From an uncultured delta proteobacterium (GTDB taxonomy: Bacteria; Desulfobacterota; Syntrophobacteria; Syntrophobacterales; Syntrophobacteraceae): 64,000 bases of DNA. Of this stretch, positions 12,307-22,664 are shown one piece after another. The stretch spans positions 4,588 to 68,587 of the forward strand of contig CAVQJR010000011.1 in NCBI GenBank assembly GCA_963712895.1, in the 5' to 3' direction. The notes under the pieces were generated by a model that saw only the letters and a list, made by a program, of their open reading frames with translations, was not told the DNA's origin and ran no database searches. A program made the position numbers and the translations under genes. The number at the start of each line of letters is the position of its first letter. Within the stretch, counting starts at the first letter, position 1.

Positions 12307-12551
12307 CGGTAAATTGTTCCTGTGGGAAGAAAACGAATCGCGCCGGGGGCCGGCTCACGCGCCCGCCGTTGCGGCGAAAATAATCATGATTTCATGTTCC
12401 GTGCGGATTCAAAGCTTAGAGATAGCTATGATGGATGTGATGTCAAGGATGAGAGGCCGCGATGTGATGCGTACAAGCGAGGAGAGATGACAGGCGACAG
12501 CGCCGTTCGGCCGAGGCATCGAAACATGAACGGCCGCGGGTGTGCCGGCAA

Positions 12552-12956
12552 TTAATGGTCCAGGTCGGAAGGCGCATTTTCGTATGCGAAATTCTCGATG
12601 AAATCCTGCAGCATCGACGTTTGTCTTACGTTAAGGTTTTCAAACTCTACGCCGCAGCGCCTGGTTTTTATCTGGTTCCAGGAGCGTTCCGGGATTTCAT
12701 CATCATAGATGACCCTGCAGACCACTTTTTCCAGGTGAATAAATCGCCCGTTGCTTCCGAAAATCTTAATGGAGTGGCTCTCTCGCTGCTCCTCGCCGGT
12801 CGAAAGATAGCGAACGCACAGGCCTCCCATGCTTATGTCCAGGAGGTTGCCCAAATCAAGCGAATCGTCGGGCCGGATGAATGCCGCAAAAGCGCCCTCT
12901 TTCGCTCTATATCTCTTGTACTTCCGTTTCTCTTCGGCCATTTGCCCTTCCATCAA
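12552..12956 (-). CDS. PilZ domain protein (c-di-GMP receptor family)
   Basis: RKYKRYR (RxxxR) followed by DISMGG (D/NxSxxG) at the expected spacing. Confidence 0.8.
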   Translation of the reverse strand: MMEGQMAEEKRKYKRYRAKEGAFAAFIRPDDSLDLGNLLDISMGGLCVRYLSTGEEQRESHSIKIFGSNGRFIHLEKVVCRVIYDDEIPERSWNQIKTRRCGVEFENLNVRQTSMLQDFIENFAYENAPSDLDH

Positions 12957-13497
12957 AATCCGCCGTCCGGCAGTTGAGTAAAATTCGAAGTGCTGTCGCT
13001 CTTACAGGAAAGAATAAATCCCCGGCTCGGAAATCGAAATGGGGCGTAGATGAGATTTGTCTTCTCAGATTAAAAAACCACCCGGAATTCTTATTTGAAT
13101 TTTTATATATAAGTAAGGGGGATTTTAGTGGGTACAAATTGGGTAAAATCGCTAGCCACTTATTCTGGAAGAACAGACAAGACAAGATAGTACAAAGGAT
13201 TGGCGAGTCCTGCCGAAAGGAGAGCCGGTCTACCGTCTTTACCCGTGCGACCGAATCGTTTCAAACCACGGGGAGCGCAAGCCGGCAGGGGCTGCGGCAA
13301 ATAAAAAGCAGTACCGGGCCGGATGGTAAACTCGCCCGCGGTTATTATATTGCCTCTCAGTACCACCGATTTTTGTAAAATTGTTCCACCTCTGCCCGGA
13401 CACTGATTCTGCCGCTGTCTGCGATCGTGAAACGGGGTGGAGCAATTCCCGGTCCCCGTTTTCCAAACTTCAATTCAACGAACAAAAGGAGGATGCG

Positions 13498-13707
13498 ATG
13501 TCTGTGTACAAGATAGTTGAGTTGGTTGGAACCAGCCCGAATTCCTGGGAAGAAGCCGCCAAAGAGGCAGTGGAAACCGCCACCAAGAGCATTCGGGATC
13601 TCAGGATCGCGGAGATCGACAAGATGGACGTAAGGATCGAAAACGGCAAATTGACCGAGTATCGCGTGCGCGTGAAGCTCTCGTTCAAATACGAAGGTGC
13701 CGAATAG
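13498..13707 (+). CDS. Dodecin family flavin-binding protein
   Basis: MSVYKIVELVGTSPNSWEEAAKEAVETA...YRVRVKLSFKYE matches the bacterial dodecin pattern. AAAGGAGGA lies 6 nt upstream of ATG 13498. The listed ORF start at 13381 is an upstream extension. Confidence 0.85.
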   Translation: MSVYKIVELVGTSPNSWEEAAKEAVETATKSIRDLRIAEIDKMDVRIENGKLTEYRVRVKLSFKYEGAE

Positions 13708-13826
13708 CACGGGCGCCGAAGCCGCAAAATCCCGGCCCTTCACCATGAACCGCCCCTGCGGCGGCCATGGAAACACCGGCCCGCGGCAAGCGCGGACACC
13801 CCGTGTCATTTGCCCTGAAGCAAGGT

Positions 13827-14525
13827 TTAGCGCAGGCCACGGAGGCTATTCATTACGCCCAGGAGCACTTCGTAGGCCTCGCAAAGTTCCAGGAAGCCCT
13901 CGTGGACACCGCCCTGGTCGGGATGTATCTTCTTGGCCTTGCGCCTGTAGATTCGGGTAAGCTCCGTCTTGCTCATTTCCGCCAGGCGCCGCGCCGAGAC
14001 GCCGAAAATCTCGTATGCGCGCTCCACCAGCATGTGCCGGGAAGGCCGGGCCGGGCGGTCGAAGTGAGCCTTGAACCCGATGGCCTCAGCCCAGGTTTGG
14101 GTCCGGAACTCGGAGTCAAAGTAGAGCCAGGCGTATTTTGTGAGATACGGATGCAGTCCGTTTCCGTTGTCCGTGGCCCATTCCACGCCGTGGAAATACT
14201 GCTCGTCGTTATTGAGACTGCACAGTTCCCGGACGATGAACCCGTCCAGCTTGTCCCTGTCCAGGGCGGACGGATAATCTCTCACGAACTGAGGGAAAAA
14301 CAGCGGGACTCCCAGAGAGGCGTACACATAGGCGGCGCGTTCGTGCGGCGGGAGTCGATACTCCATCGCCTCTATCACGCTTTCGATTTCGTCCCTGGAC
14401 TTGTAGAGCAAAATATTTAGAAATTTCCAGTGTTTAAGGCCAAGCTCACCTGAATCGACACGGGCAAACCTCAGGTAGTACAGCCTTCGGGCGTCGAAGA
14501 TGTGTACCCTGTCATGGCCGGGCAA
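13827..14525 (-). CDS. J-domain (DnaJ-like) protein with J domain at the C-terminus; true 5' end unresolved
   Basis: IYRRKAKKIHPDQGG carries the HPD motif near the C-terminus. The same frame stays open and protein-like up to 14855 but has no ATG/GTG/TTG (see findings). Confidence 0.7.
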   Translation of the reverse strand: MPGHDRVHIFDARRLYYLRFARVDSGELGLKHWKFLNILLYKSRDEIESVIEAMEYRLPPHERAAYVYASLGVPLFFPQFVRDYPSALDRDKLDGFIVRELCSLNNDEQYFHGVEWATDNGNGLHPYLTKYAWLYFDSEFRTQTWAEAIGFKAHFDRPARPSRHMLVERAYEIFGVSARRLAEMSKTELTRIYRRKAKKIHPDQGGVHEGFLELCEAYEVLLGVMNSLRGLR

Positions 14526-14960
14526 AAGGTCTTCGGGGTTGAACTTGACCCGCAGCGGCCTGCTCCGCCTGGGCCTGAAGGTCTGCAGAATGTCCTGGAA
14601 CCTCGGTTCGAGATAAGGGACAAAGATCTCTTCCAGCTCCTGGGACGTAAACTCCGCCCCCTTCTTTTCGAGCGCCTCTTCCAGGGCGGGATCGAAATAG
14701 AAGCAGCTCCCGCCCGGATACAGGATGCAGGCGCGGGGGTCGGCCCCGATGTCAACCAGGTCCCGCGATTTCAGGACGCCGCTGTCAGGATAGGTTTCCC
14801 TCAGGATAAAGTGATAACCCTTTCGCAGTTTTACGCGCTTGAGGTATAAGGCGAATCACCCCTTTCAAATATAATAAACACCCGCAATGCGGGCTTAAAA
14901 ATTATGGCGCGCGAATTCGAAATCACGTTCCTCCGCGTCCGCTTTCCTTTTTATATTCTT

Positions 14961-14990
14961 TTCCTTCGCGCTTTCGCGTCTTCGCGTGCC
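14961..14990 (-). repeat. K-family repeat arm
   Basis: TTCCTTCGCGCTTTCGCGTCTTCGCGTGCC is the reverse complement of a CACGCGAAGACGCGAAAGCGCGAAGGAA-type arm. It lies immediately 3' of queH. Confidence 0.7.
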
Positions 14991-14993
14991 AAA

Positions 14994-15530
14994 TTATTTC
15001 TTCTTTGAAAACCTCTCATCTTCACTGTAAATACACCCGCAATACTGCTGGCGATATATTCCGAGCGCTTTCGCCCTTTCCTGGCCTTCTTTCCATCCCT
15101 CTCGAAAGTCCCGGTAGAGGAATTCGATGCCGTGCCTGCGCGAGGCCTCTTCGGCAAGCGACCTTACCAGTTCGTGTTTCTGGAGCCTGCTGTACAGAAG
15201 CGTTGTGGTGAAGGCGTCGAAACGGCTTCTTTTCGCAAGCCTTGCCGCCGCGTCCAGGCGCAGGGAGTAGCAGTAGGTGCACCGGCTGGTTTCGCGAAAC
15301 GCAACCTGCCTGAAAAAGGTCTGGGGGTCGTAGTCGGCACGAACGATCAGCGGCAGGTTTTCACTTTCCGCGTAGCTTTCGAGGGCGGCTAGCCTCCTGT
15401 CGAATTCCTGCCGCGGCTGAATATGCGGATTATAGAAAAAGGCATGGACCGCCAGGGCTTCGCCCCGAAGCACCGAAACGGGGTAAATGGAGCACGGAGC
15501 ACAACAGGCGTGAAGAAGGATGCGTGTCAT
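14994..15530 (-). CDS. queH: Epoxyqueuosine reductase QueH (DUF208)
   Basis: LLHACCAPC N-terminal cysteine motif, a later CxxC-type pair (RCTYCY) and C-terminal YCGC. Length is ~178 aa. Confidence 0.85.
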   Translation of the reverse strand: MTRILLHACCAPCSIYPVSVLRGEALAVHAFFYNPHIQPRQEFDRRLAALESYAESENLPLIVRADYDPQTFFRQVAFRETSRCTYCYSLRLDAAARLAKRSRFDAFTTTLLYSRLQKHELVRSLAEEASRRHGIEFLYRDFREGWKEGQERAKALGIYRQQYCGCIYSEDERFSKKK

Positions 15531-15565
15531 TAAAGCCTCTTACGGGTTGAGGGGCGCGGGAGGGG

Positions 15566-15632
15566 TTTCACGCGAAGACGCGAAGGCGCGAAGAAAGAGA
15601 AAGAGAAAGAGAAAGAGAAAGAGAAAAAAAAC
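15566..15632 (+). repeat. K-family repeat arm followed by a (GAAAGA)n microsatellite
   Basis: TTTCA-CGCGAAG-A-CGCGAAG-G-CGCGAAG-AAAG (three tandem heptads), then five or more AGAAAG units and an A-run. Confidence 0.85.
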
Positions 15633-15670
15633 ATATCCTCTTTTTCCTATTCCCACAATCCCTCAATTCC

Positions 15671-17086
15671 TCAATCCCCAAATCCCGCCGCCAGTTTCTG
15701 CGGCAATCCGTCGAAACTTCCGTTGCTCATGCACACTATGAGATCGCCGGGACGGGCGGATTCCAGGATAAAACGGGTTAATTTTTCACTATCGTCGAAA
15801 AAATGCGCATCTTTCCCCCGCCCGCGAATCCGCTCGACCAGAAGGCGCGAATCGAGGCGATCCTGTTCGGGGATGGCTTCGAGCCCCGGCGGCTGCTTAA
15901 TCAGCACCAGGTCGGCGGAATCGAACGAGGCGGCGTACTGTTCCTGGAAAACCCTTCGCCTGCTCGAATTGGTCCTGGGCTCAAATGCAGCCACAATGCG
16001 CCTTCCGGGATAAAAGTCTCTCAACCCGGAAAGGGTCTCACGAACCGCCGTCGGGTGGTGGGCGAAATCATCCATGACGATCACGCCCCCGGATTCGGAA
16101 ACAATGTCCTGGCGCCTCTTCACCCCGCCGAAGTTCGGGAGCACGTCGCGGATCAGGTCCGCGGGCATCCCGGCAAGCCTTGCCGCTGCTATCACGGCGG
16201 TGACATTTCCCGCGTTGTGCCGCCCGGAAAGCCTGGAGCGGAAGGTTTCATCCTTCGATGTGTCCGGATTTCGAAGCGAAAACGAAACCTCCCCCGACCC
16301 GTACGCAACCGATGAGATCCGCCAGTCGGCATTGGCTGAAAAGCCGTAGGTCAGGACTTTTCCGCGACACTGCCCGGCAAGCGCACGGCAGTTCGGGTCG
16401 TCTGCATTCAGGATGAGAAATCCGCTTTCGGGAATCAGGCGCGCAAAATTGACAAACGCTTTCCGTATGGCGTCCAGGTCCGGAAAAATGTCCGCATGGT
16501 CGAATTCGATACCGGTAATTATACCGATGTGCGGCTGATAATGCAAAAACTTGGGCCCCTTGTCGAAAAAGGCGGTATCGTATTCGTCTCCTTCGATTAC
16601 CATGTACTCGCCGCGCCCGATCCGAAAGCTTGCCTGCCAGTCCTTGACAAAGGCCCCCACGAAGGCCCCGGGGTCCATTCCTCCCCGCTCCAGCACCCAG
16701 CCCAGAAGCGACGTGGTGGTGCTCTTTCCGTGCGTACCCGCGACCACCAGCCCTTTTTGCCCGGAGAGGAAAAAACGCCCTATCGCCTGCGGCATCGAGA
16801 GATAGGGCCGCTCCTGTGAGAGTATATACTGCGCTTCCGGGTTTTCACGCCGCACCACGTTTCCGATCACGAACAGGTCCGGATCGAAGCTTTTGGGGTT
16901 ATCGGGCGAAAACCCCTCGAACAGGGGAACTCCCAGGGTTTGGAGGTGCGTGCTCATCGGGGGGTAGAGGTTCCGGTCGGACCCCGCCACCTGGTAGCCG
17001 CTTTCCTTTAGCATCGTGGCCAGCGTACCCATGGCGATGCCGCCGATGCCCACCATGTAGATCTTCTTTATTCCGTCAGATATCAT
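15671..17086 (-). CDS. mpl: UDP-N-acetylmuramate:L-alanyl-gamma-D-glutamyl-meso-DAP ligase
   Basis: IYMVGIGGIAMGTLA, GTHGKSTTTS and EGDEYDTAFFDK are Mur-ligase/Mpl motifs. The start at ATG 17084-17086 (MISDG) overlaps the upstream stop as ATGA. The listed 135-codon extension is Arg/Gly-rich. Confidence 0.9.
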   Translation of the reverse strand: MISDGIKKIYMVGIGGIAMGTLATMLKESGYQVAGSDRNLYPPMSTHLQTLGVPLFEGFSPDNPKSFDPDLFVIGNVVRRENPEAQYILSQERPYLSMPQAIGRFFLSGQKGLVVAGTHGKSTTTSLLGWVLERGGMDPGAFVGAFVKDWQASFRIGRGEYMVIEGDEYDTAFFDKGPKFLHYQPHIGIITGIEFDHADIFPDLDAIRKAFVNFARLIPESGFLILNADDPNCRALAGQCRGKVLTYGFSANADWRISSVAYGSGEVSFSLRNPDTSKDETFRSRLSGRHNAGNVTAVIAAARLAGMPADLIRDVLPNFGGVKRRQDIVSESGGVIVMDDFAHHPTAVRETLSGLRDFYPGRRIVAAFEPRTNSSRRRVFQEQYAASFDSADLVLIKQPPGLEAIPEQDRLDSRLLVERIRGRGKDAHFFDDSEKLTRFILESARPGDLIVCMSNGSFDGLPQKLAAGFGD

Positions 17087-18240
17087 TGTACCAGCGCTTC
17101 CATGACAATGTCGTGCATCAGGGGCCTGAATGCCCTGTGGGCGTCGTTTTCCCTCGATGGGTGGACGCGGTTTGACAAAAGCACCACCAGGACGTCCCTT
17201 TCCAGGTCGAGCCAGAACGAGGTCCCGGTAAACCCGAGATGCCCCACGCTGTTTTGGGAAAAATACCGCCCCGAACTCGATTCGGCAAGTCCCGGCGTAT
17301 CGAACCCCAGCGCCCAGGTGCTGCCGGCGGGCGATTCCCCCCTCATCCAGAAAAGGCGCACCACGTCGCGGGAAACAAGACGGCTTTTCGCCTTGCCCCC
17401 GTATACCGGGCGCAGATGGTCGATCACGGCAAAAACGGAGCGCAGCGTCCCGAAAAGTCCGGCATGCCCCGCCACCCCGCCAAGGCTCCACGCATTCTCA
17501 TCCGATACCTCGCCTGAAAGCACCCGCTTTCGCCACGGGCAAAGCTCGGTTGCCGCATACTCCAGGTTTTCCAGCCCCGGGTCTTTTTCGGGCAAGGCCT
17601 CCGGCCCGCCGCCGGTCCCCAGCGGGCAGAAATGCAGCTCGTCGATGCCGAGAGGTGAGAAGACCATCTCGCGGGCAAGCCGGTCAAGGCCCGATCCCAG
17701 GATCTTTTCCAGGATAAAGCCGAGCAGCATGTACCCGAGGTCGCTGTAGGCGGCGGCGCTTCCCGGAGCGAAGTCCAGGGGCTCTTTCATGATCATGGAT
17801 ACCAGGGCCGCTTTTCGCTTTCCGGGATCGATCCCCGCAAGTTCGAAAAAAAACTGCCTGTAGGGCGCAAGCCCCGAGCAATGGCCGAGAAGCTGCCGGA
17901 TGGTGATTCCCCGCTTATCTTCAGGGGCATCCGGAAAAAAGCGCTCCAGGGGATCGTCCGGGGCGAGTGTTCCGCGCGAAACACAGGCCATGACCAGGGG
18001 GACGGTTGCCAGGGGTTTGGTAAGAGATGCCAGGTCGAAGCGCGTGGAATCCGAAACCGGCCTGCCACCCCAACTGCAGTGCCCATAGTTTTTGGTAAAT
18101 GCAGGCCCTTGCCCTGCCGACACCAGGACGGCCGCCCCCGAAAACACCCGCACCGCCAGTGCGTCTTGAAAAGCCTCGTCCAGGCGGGCCTCCAACTCAG
18201 GCCGAAATCGGGTTTTGAACGATTCTGAGCGCTCTTTCAT
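17083..18240 (-). CDS. Serine hydrolase, beta-lactamase / PBP family
   Basis: SLTK (SxxK) active-site motif in a DLASLTKPLAT context, in a ~385-aa class C/AmpH-like body. Confidence 0.8.
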   Translation of the reverse strand: MKERSESFKTRFRPELEARLDEAFQDALAVRVFSGAAVLVSAGQGPAFTKNYGHCSWGGRPVSDSTRFDLASLTKPLATVPLVMACVSRGTLAPDDPLERFFPDAPEDKRGITIRQLLGHCSGLAPYRQFFFELAGIDPGKRKAALVSMIMKEPLDFAPGSAAAYSDLGYMLLGFILEKILGSGLDRLAREMVFSPLGIDELHFCPLGTGGGPEALPEKDPGLENLEYAATELCPWRKRVLSGEVSDENAWSLGGVAGHAGLFGTLRSVFAVIDHLRPVYGGKAKSRLVSRDVVRLFWMRGESPAGSTWALGFDTPGLAESSSGRYFSQNSVGHLGFTGTSFWLDLERDVLVVLLSNRVHPSRENDAHRAFRPLMHDIVMEALVQ

Positions 18241-19153
18241 GGGTATCCAGGAGAAAGGGCGCGCCGAAGGGTATCACTTCGTTTCGGCGGCCGTGTCCGA
18301 ACGGAAGGCTGTGGACGACGGGAAAGTCGAAAGCCTTTGCATGGTCCATTACCATCGAGCATATCTGCTCGTTCTCGGCGCACCTGTCGAACTCCCCGAG
18401 GATGATCCCGCCAAGCCTTTGCAGGACCCCGGCAAGTTTTAAGTGGTTGACGATCCGGTCGAGCCTGTAGAGCGCCTCGCCGCAGTCCTCGATCAAAAGC
18501 AGCGCGCCGGCGAGGTCGGGCAGGTAAGGCGTCCCCACCAGGTGAGCCAGGCAGGTGAGGTTTCCGCCAAGCACCGGCCCGGTCGCCCTCCCGTGCCTCA
18601 GGACGTGCTCCGCGTCCAGTTGCCACTCGAAAACGGCGCGGCCGCAAAGCACATCCAGCACGTTTTCGACCCTTTCCGGCTGCTCGGCAAGGCCGGTCAA
18701 ATTAGGGCCGTGAAGTGTACACAGGCCCGCCCGCCCGGCCAGCGCCAAGTGCAGGAAGGTGATGTCGCTGTGGCCGAGAAAAATTTTCCTGCACCCGCGA
18801 AGCGCGGCATAAGGGAGCGAGGCAAGCAGCCGCCCGCTGCCGTAGCCACCGCGCACGCAGATTACGGCGCGCACTTCCGGGTCCATAAATGCGTCGCACA
18901 GGTCCTGTACGCGCTCCAGGTCCGATCCGGCAAGATAGGGGGGACGGAAGACGGAAGACGGAGAGTGAGGGTCTTCCGGTGCGGGGGAGGATGCCGGGCC
19001 TGCCATAAAGCGTTGAAGGTTCTTTCCGGCAACCGTCCTGTATCCGGCCTTTTCCAGTATTTCCCGGCCCTTCTCGTACAGGGCCGCTTCGAAGGGGCTC
19101 GACGGTGCGATCAGGGCAATTGTGCTGCCCGCGGCGGCGCCTTTGACGATCAT
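18197..19153 (-). CDS. ldcA: LD-carboxypeptidase (peptidase S66, muramoyltetrapeptide carboxypeptidase)
   Basis: IALIAPSSP, VICVRGGYGSGRLL and LGHSDITFLH motifs. Confidence 0.85.
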   Translation of the reverse strand: MIVKGAAAGSTIALIAPSSPFEAALYEKGREILEKAGYRTVAGKNLQRFMAGPASSPAPEDPHSPSSVFRPPYLAGSDLERVQDLCDAFMDPEVRAVICVRGGYGSGRLLASLPYAALRGCRKIFLGHSDITFLHLALAGRAGLCTLHGPNLTGLAEQPERVENVLDVLCGRAVFEWQLDAEHVLRHGRATGPVLGGNLTCLAHLVGTPYLPDLAGALLLIEDCGEALYRLDRIVNHLKLAGVLQRLGGIILGEFDRCAENEQICSMVMDHAKAFDFPVVHSLPFGHGRRNEVIPFGAPFLLDTHERALRIVQNPISA

Positions 19154-19926
19154 GCCGGTTTTCTGTTCCTGTCGAAAATAATCTTCAGGCCCTTCAGAGT
19201 GAGGTATTCGTCAACTTCGTCTATGACCGGGCATTCGCTGGCGATCAACGGGGCGAGTCCGCCGGTGGCGATAACGAAAATGTCCCGGTTCGCCTCCTTT
19301 TTGATCCTGGTGATAATGCCCTCCACCAGGCCCGCATAGCCGTAGACGATCCCGGCGTTCATGGACGCGATGGTATTTTTGGCAAGTATCGAATGGGGCC
19401 GGGCGAATATCTCCACCCGTGGGAGCTTGGATGCTTTTTGAAAAAGGGCCTCACAGGAGATCATGACCCCCGGGCATATGACCCCGCCCATGTATTCGCC
19501 GCGCTCGGAGATGTAGTCGAACGTGGTGGCGGTCCCGAAATCGACCACCACCGTCGCCTTCTTTCGCAGATCGTAGGCGGCGATGGCGTTCACGATCCTG
19601 TCGGCGCCGACCTCTTTGGGGTTGTCGTAGAGGATGGGCATGCCGGTCCTGATGCCCGGCCCGACCACCAGGGGCGTGGCGTTGAAATACCTTTCGCAGA
19701 ACCGTTCCACCGAATTGAGAACGGGCGGGACAACGCAGGAGATGATCACGTCGCCCACGCTTTCCAGCGGAACGCCCTCCACGGAAAACAGGCTGCGAAG
19801 CGTGATGGCATACTCGTCCGTGGTCATGTTCACTTCGGTGCGGATGCGCCATTCATGAATCAGCCGGCTGTCGTCGAACAGTCCGAGGACCGTATTGGTA
19901 TTGCCTATATCAAGTGCGAGGAGCAT
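19150..19926 (-). CDS. coaX: Type III pantothenate kinase
   Basis: MLLALDIGNTNTVLGLF..., VGADRIVNA and GTATTFD motifs. Confidence 0.9.
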   Translation of the reverse strand: MLLALDIGNTNTVLGLFDDSRLIHEWRIRTEVNMTTDEYAITLRSLFSVEGVPLESVGDVIISCVVPPVLNSVERFCERYFNATPLVVGPGIRTGMPILYDNPKEVGADRIVNAIAAYDLRKKATVVVDFGTATTFDYISERGEYMGGVICPGVMISCEALFQKASKLPRVEIFARPHSILAKNTIASMNAGIVYGYAGLVEGIITRIKKEANRDIFVIATGGLAPLIASECPVIDEVDEYLTLKGLKIIFDRNRKPA

Positions 19927-19996
19927 GAAATCTCCCTAAAGCTGATGCTCGATGCCGGATCCTAGCTAGTACCATGTAACCTTTGTGGCTTTGGGT

Positions 19997-20071
19997 GTAG
20001 GATGGGCACAGTCTTTTTGTGCCCACCGCTTTCCCAACGGATGGTGGGCACGATGAAACGGTGCCCACCCT
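19997..20071 (+). repeat. M-family repeat, core only (two GGGCAC/GTGCCC hairpins)
   Basis: GTAGGATGGGCACAGTCTTTTTGTGCCCACCGCTTTCCCAACGGATGGTGGGCACGATGAAACGGTGCCCACCCT aligns with the cores of 31413-31573 and 40109-40267. Confidence 0.8.
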
Positions 20072-21250
<1,179 letters not shown>

Positions 21251-21258
21251 ACAGAGTA

Positions 21259-22614
21259 CTAATGGCTCATATGCTTTTCGATGCACGATGCCATTTCATA
21301 GGCCACGCAGTCGATCGTTTCGCGGCTTGCCCCTTCCACCATGACGCGCACCACCGGCTCGGTCCCGGACGGGCGGATCACCATGCGCCCCTCGGCCCCG
21401 AGCTGTTTTTCGAGCTTTTCCTGCAGTTCGGCGATTTCGGGGACCTCGGACATCGGCTTGCTACAACCGACGGGCACGTTTACCAGCTTCTGCGGGTAGC
21501 GTTCCATTATGCCCTTAAGCTCACAGAGCGGGCGCTTTTCGCTCAGCATGACCGCAAGCACCTGGAGGGCCGAAAGAATCCCGTCGCCCGTCGTCGTATG
21601 GTCCAGGAAAATCATGTGGCCCGACTGCTCGCCGCCCAGGTTGTACCCGTTCTGGCGCATCTGCTCGACCACGTACCGGTCTCCGACCGGGGTCCTGACG
21701 AGCCGGGCGCCCATTTTTCGAAGGGCCACCTCCAGTCCCAGGTTGCTCATAACGGTGGCCACCACCGTGTTGTCTTTCAGTGCATTATTCTGGACGTAGT
21801 ACTTGGCGCAAATTGCCAGCAACTGGTCGCCGTCCAGTATTTCGCCCTTCTCATCGGCCAGGATCACCCGGTCCGCATCACCGTCGAATGCCAGGCCCAC
21901 GTCGGCACGGTATTCCCTGACCATGGCCGCCATGTACTCCGGGTAGAGCGCTCCGCAGTCCCTGTTGATGTTTTCGCCGTTGGGTTTTTCACCGGTCAGG
22001 ATAACTTCCGCCCCCAGTTCTTCGAAAACCGTCGGCGCCACGCGGTAGGCGGCCCCGTTGGCGCAGTCGACCACCAGCCGCAGGCCCTCCAGGGTGAGGT
22101 CGCGGGGGAAGGTGTTCTTGAGATAGACGATGTAGCGCCCCTGGGCGTCGTCGATTCTCCTGGCCCGCCCTATTCCGCCCCCGGAAGGACGCACCAGCCG
22201 CTCGATTTCTCCGCTCAGGATGAGTTCTTCCATGTAAGCCTCGGTTTCATCGGGCAGTTTGAACCCGTCGGCCGCGAATATCTTGATGCCGTTGTATTCG
22301 TAAGGGTTGTGGGAAGCGGATATTACGATACCGGCATCTGCGCGCATGCTGCCGGTAATGAAAGCGATGCCCGGAGTCGGGAGCGGGCCGACCAGCAGGA
22401 CGTCCACCCCCATCGAACATATCCCCGAGGTGATCGCGTTTTCGATCATGTACCCGGAAAGGCGGGTGTCCTTTCCGATAATTATTTTGGGCTTCCGGTT
22501 GGTGCTCCTGAAGACATGGGCGGCGCTCAAGCCGACCTTCATGGCAATGTCGGTGGTCATGGGGACGGTGTTGGCTATGCCGCGGATTCCATCGGTACCG
22601 AAAAGCTTTCCCAT
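21259..22614 (-). CDS. glmM: Phosphoglucosamine mutase
   Basis: [12 protein letters not shown] and the phosphoserine loop [14 protein letters not shown]. Confidence 0.95.
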   Translation of the reverse strand: MGKLFGTDGIRGIANTVPMTTDIAMKVGLSAAHVFRSTNRKPKIIIGKDTRLSGYMIENAITSGICSMGVDVLLVGPLPTPGIAFITGSMRADAGIVISASHNPYEYNGIKIFAADGFKLPDETEAYMEELILSGEIERLVRPSGGGIGRARRIDDAQGRYIVYLKNTFPRDLTLEGLRLVVDCANGAAYRVAPTVFEELGAEVILTGEKPNGENINRDCGALYPEYMAAMVREYRADVGLAFDGDADRVILADEKGEILDGDQLLAICAKYYVQNNALKDNTVVATVMSNLGLEVALRKMGARLVRTPVGDRYVVEQMRQNGYNLGGEQSGHMIFLDHTTTGDGILSALQVLAVMLSEKRPLCELKGIMERYPQKLVNVPVGCSKPMSEVPEIAELQEKLEKQLGAEGRMVIRPSGTEPVVRVMVEGASRETIDCVAYEMASCIEKHMSH

Positions 22615-22664
22615 AATTCAACCTCAATAGAGACTCAAAAGATAATTTACGGCTTCATTGATTT

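Noticed and set aside
13200-13497. FMN riboswitch upstream of the flavin-binding dodecin gene
   Set aside because: I could not find the conserved RFN core (GGGGCAGGGTGAAATTCCC...CCGACGGT-like segments). The idea was prompted by context only.
15591-15632. Possible CRISPR array. I also considered the heptamer tracts at 54799-54880 and the tandem P units at 48177-48497.
   Set aside because: These are simple microsatellites or tandem repeats with no regularly spaced unique spacers, and no cas genes lie in the window.
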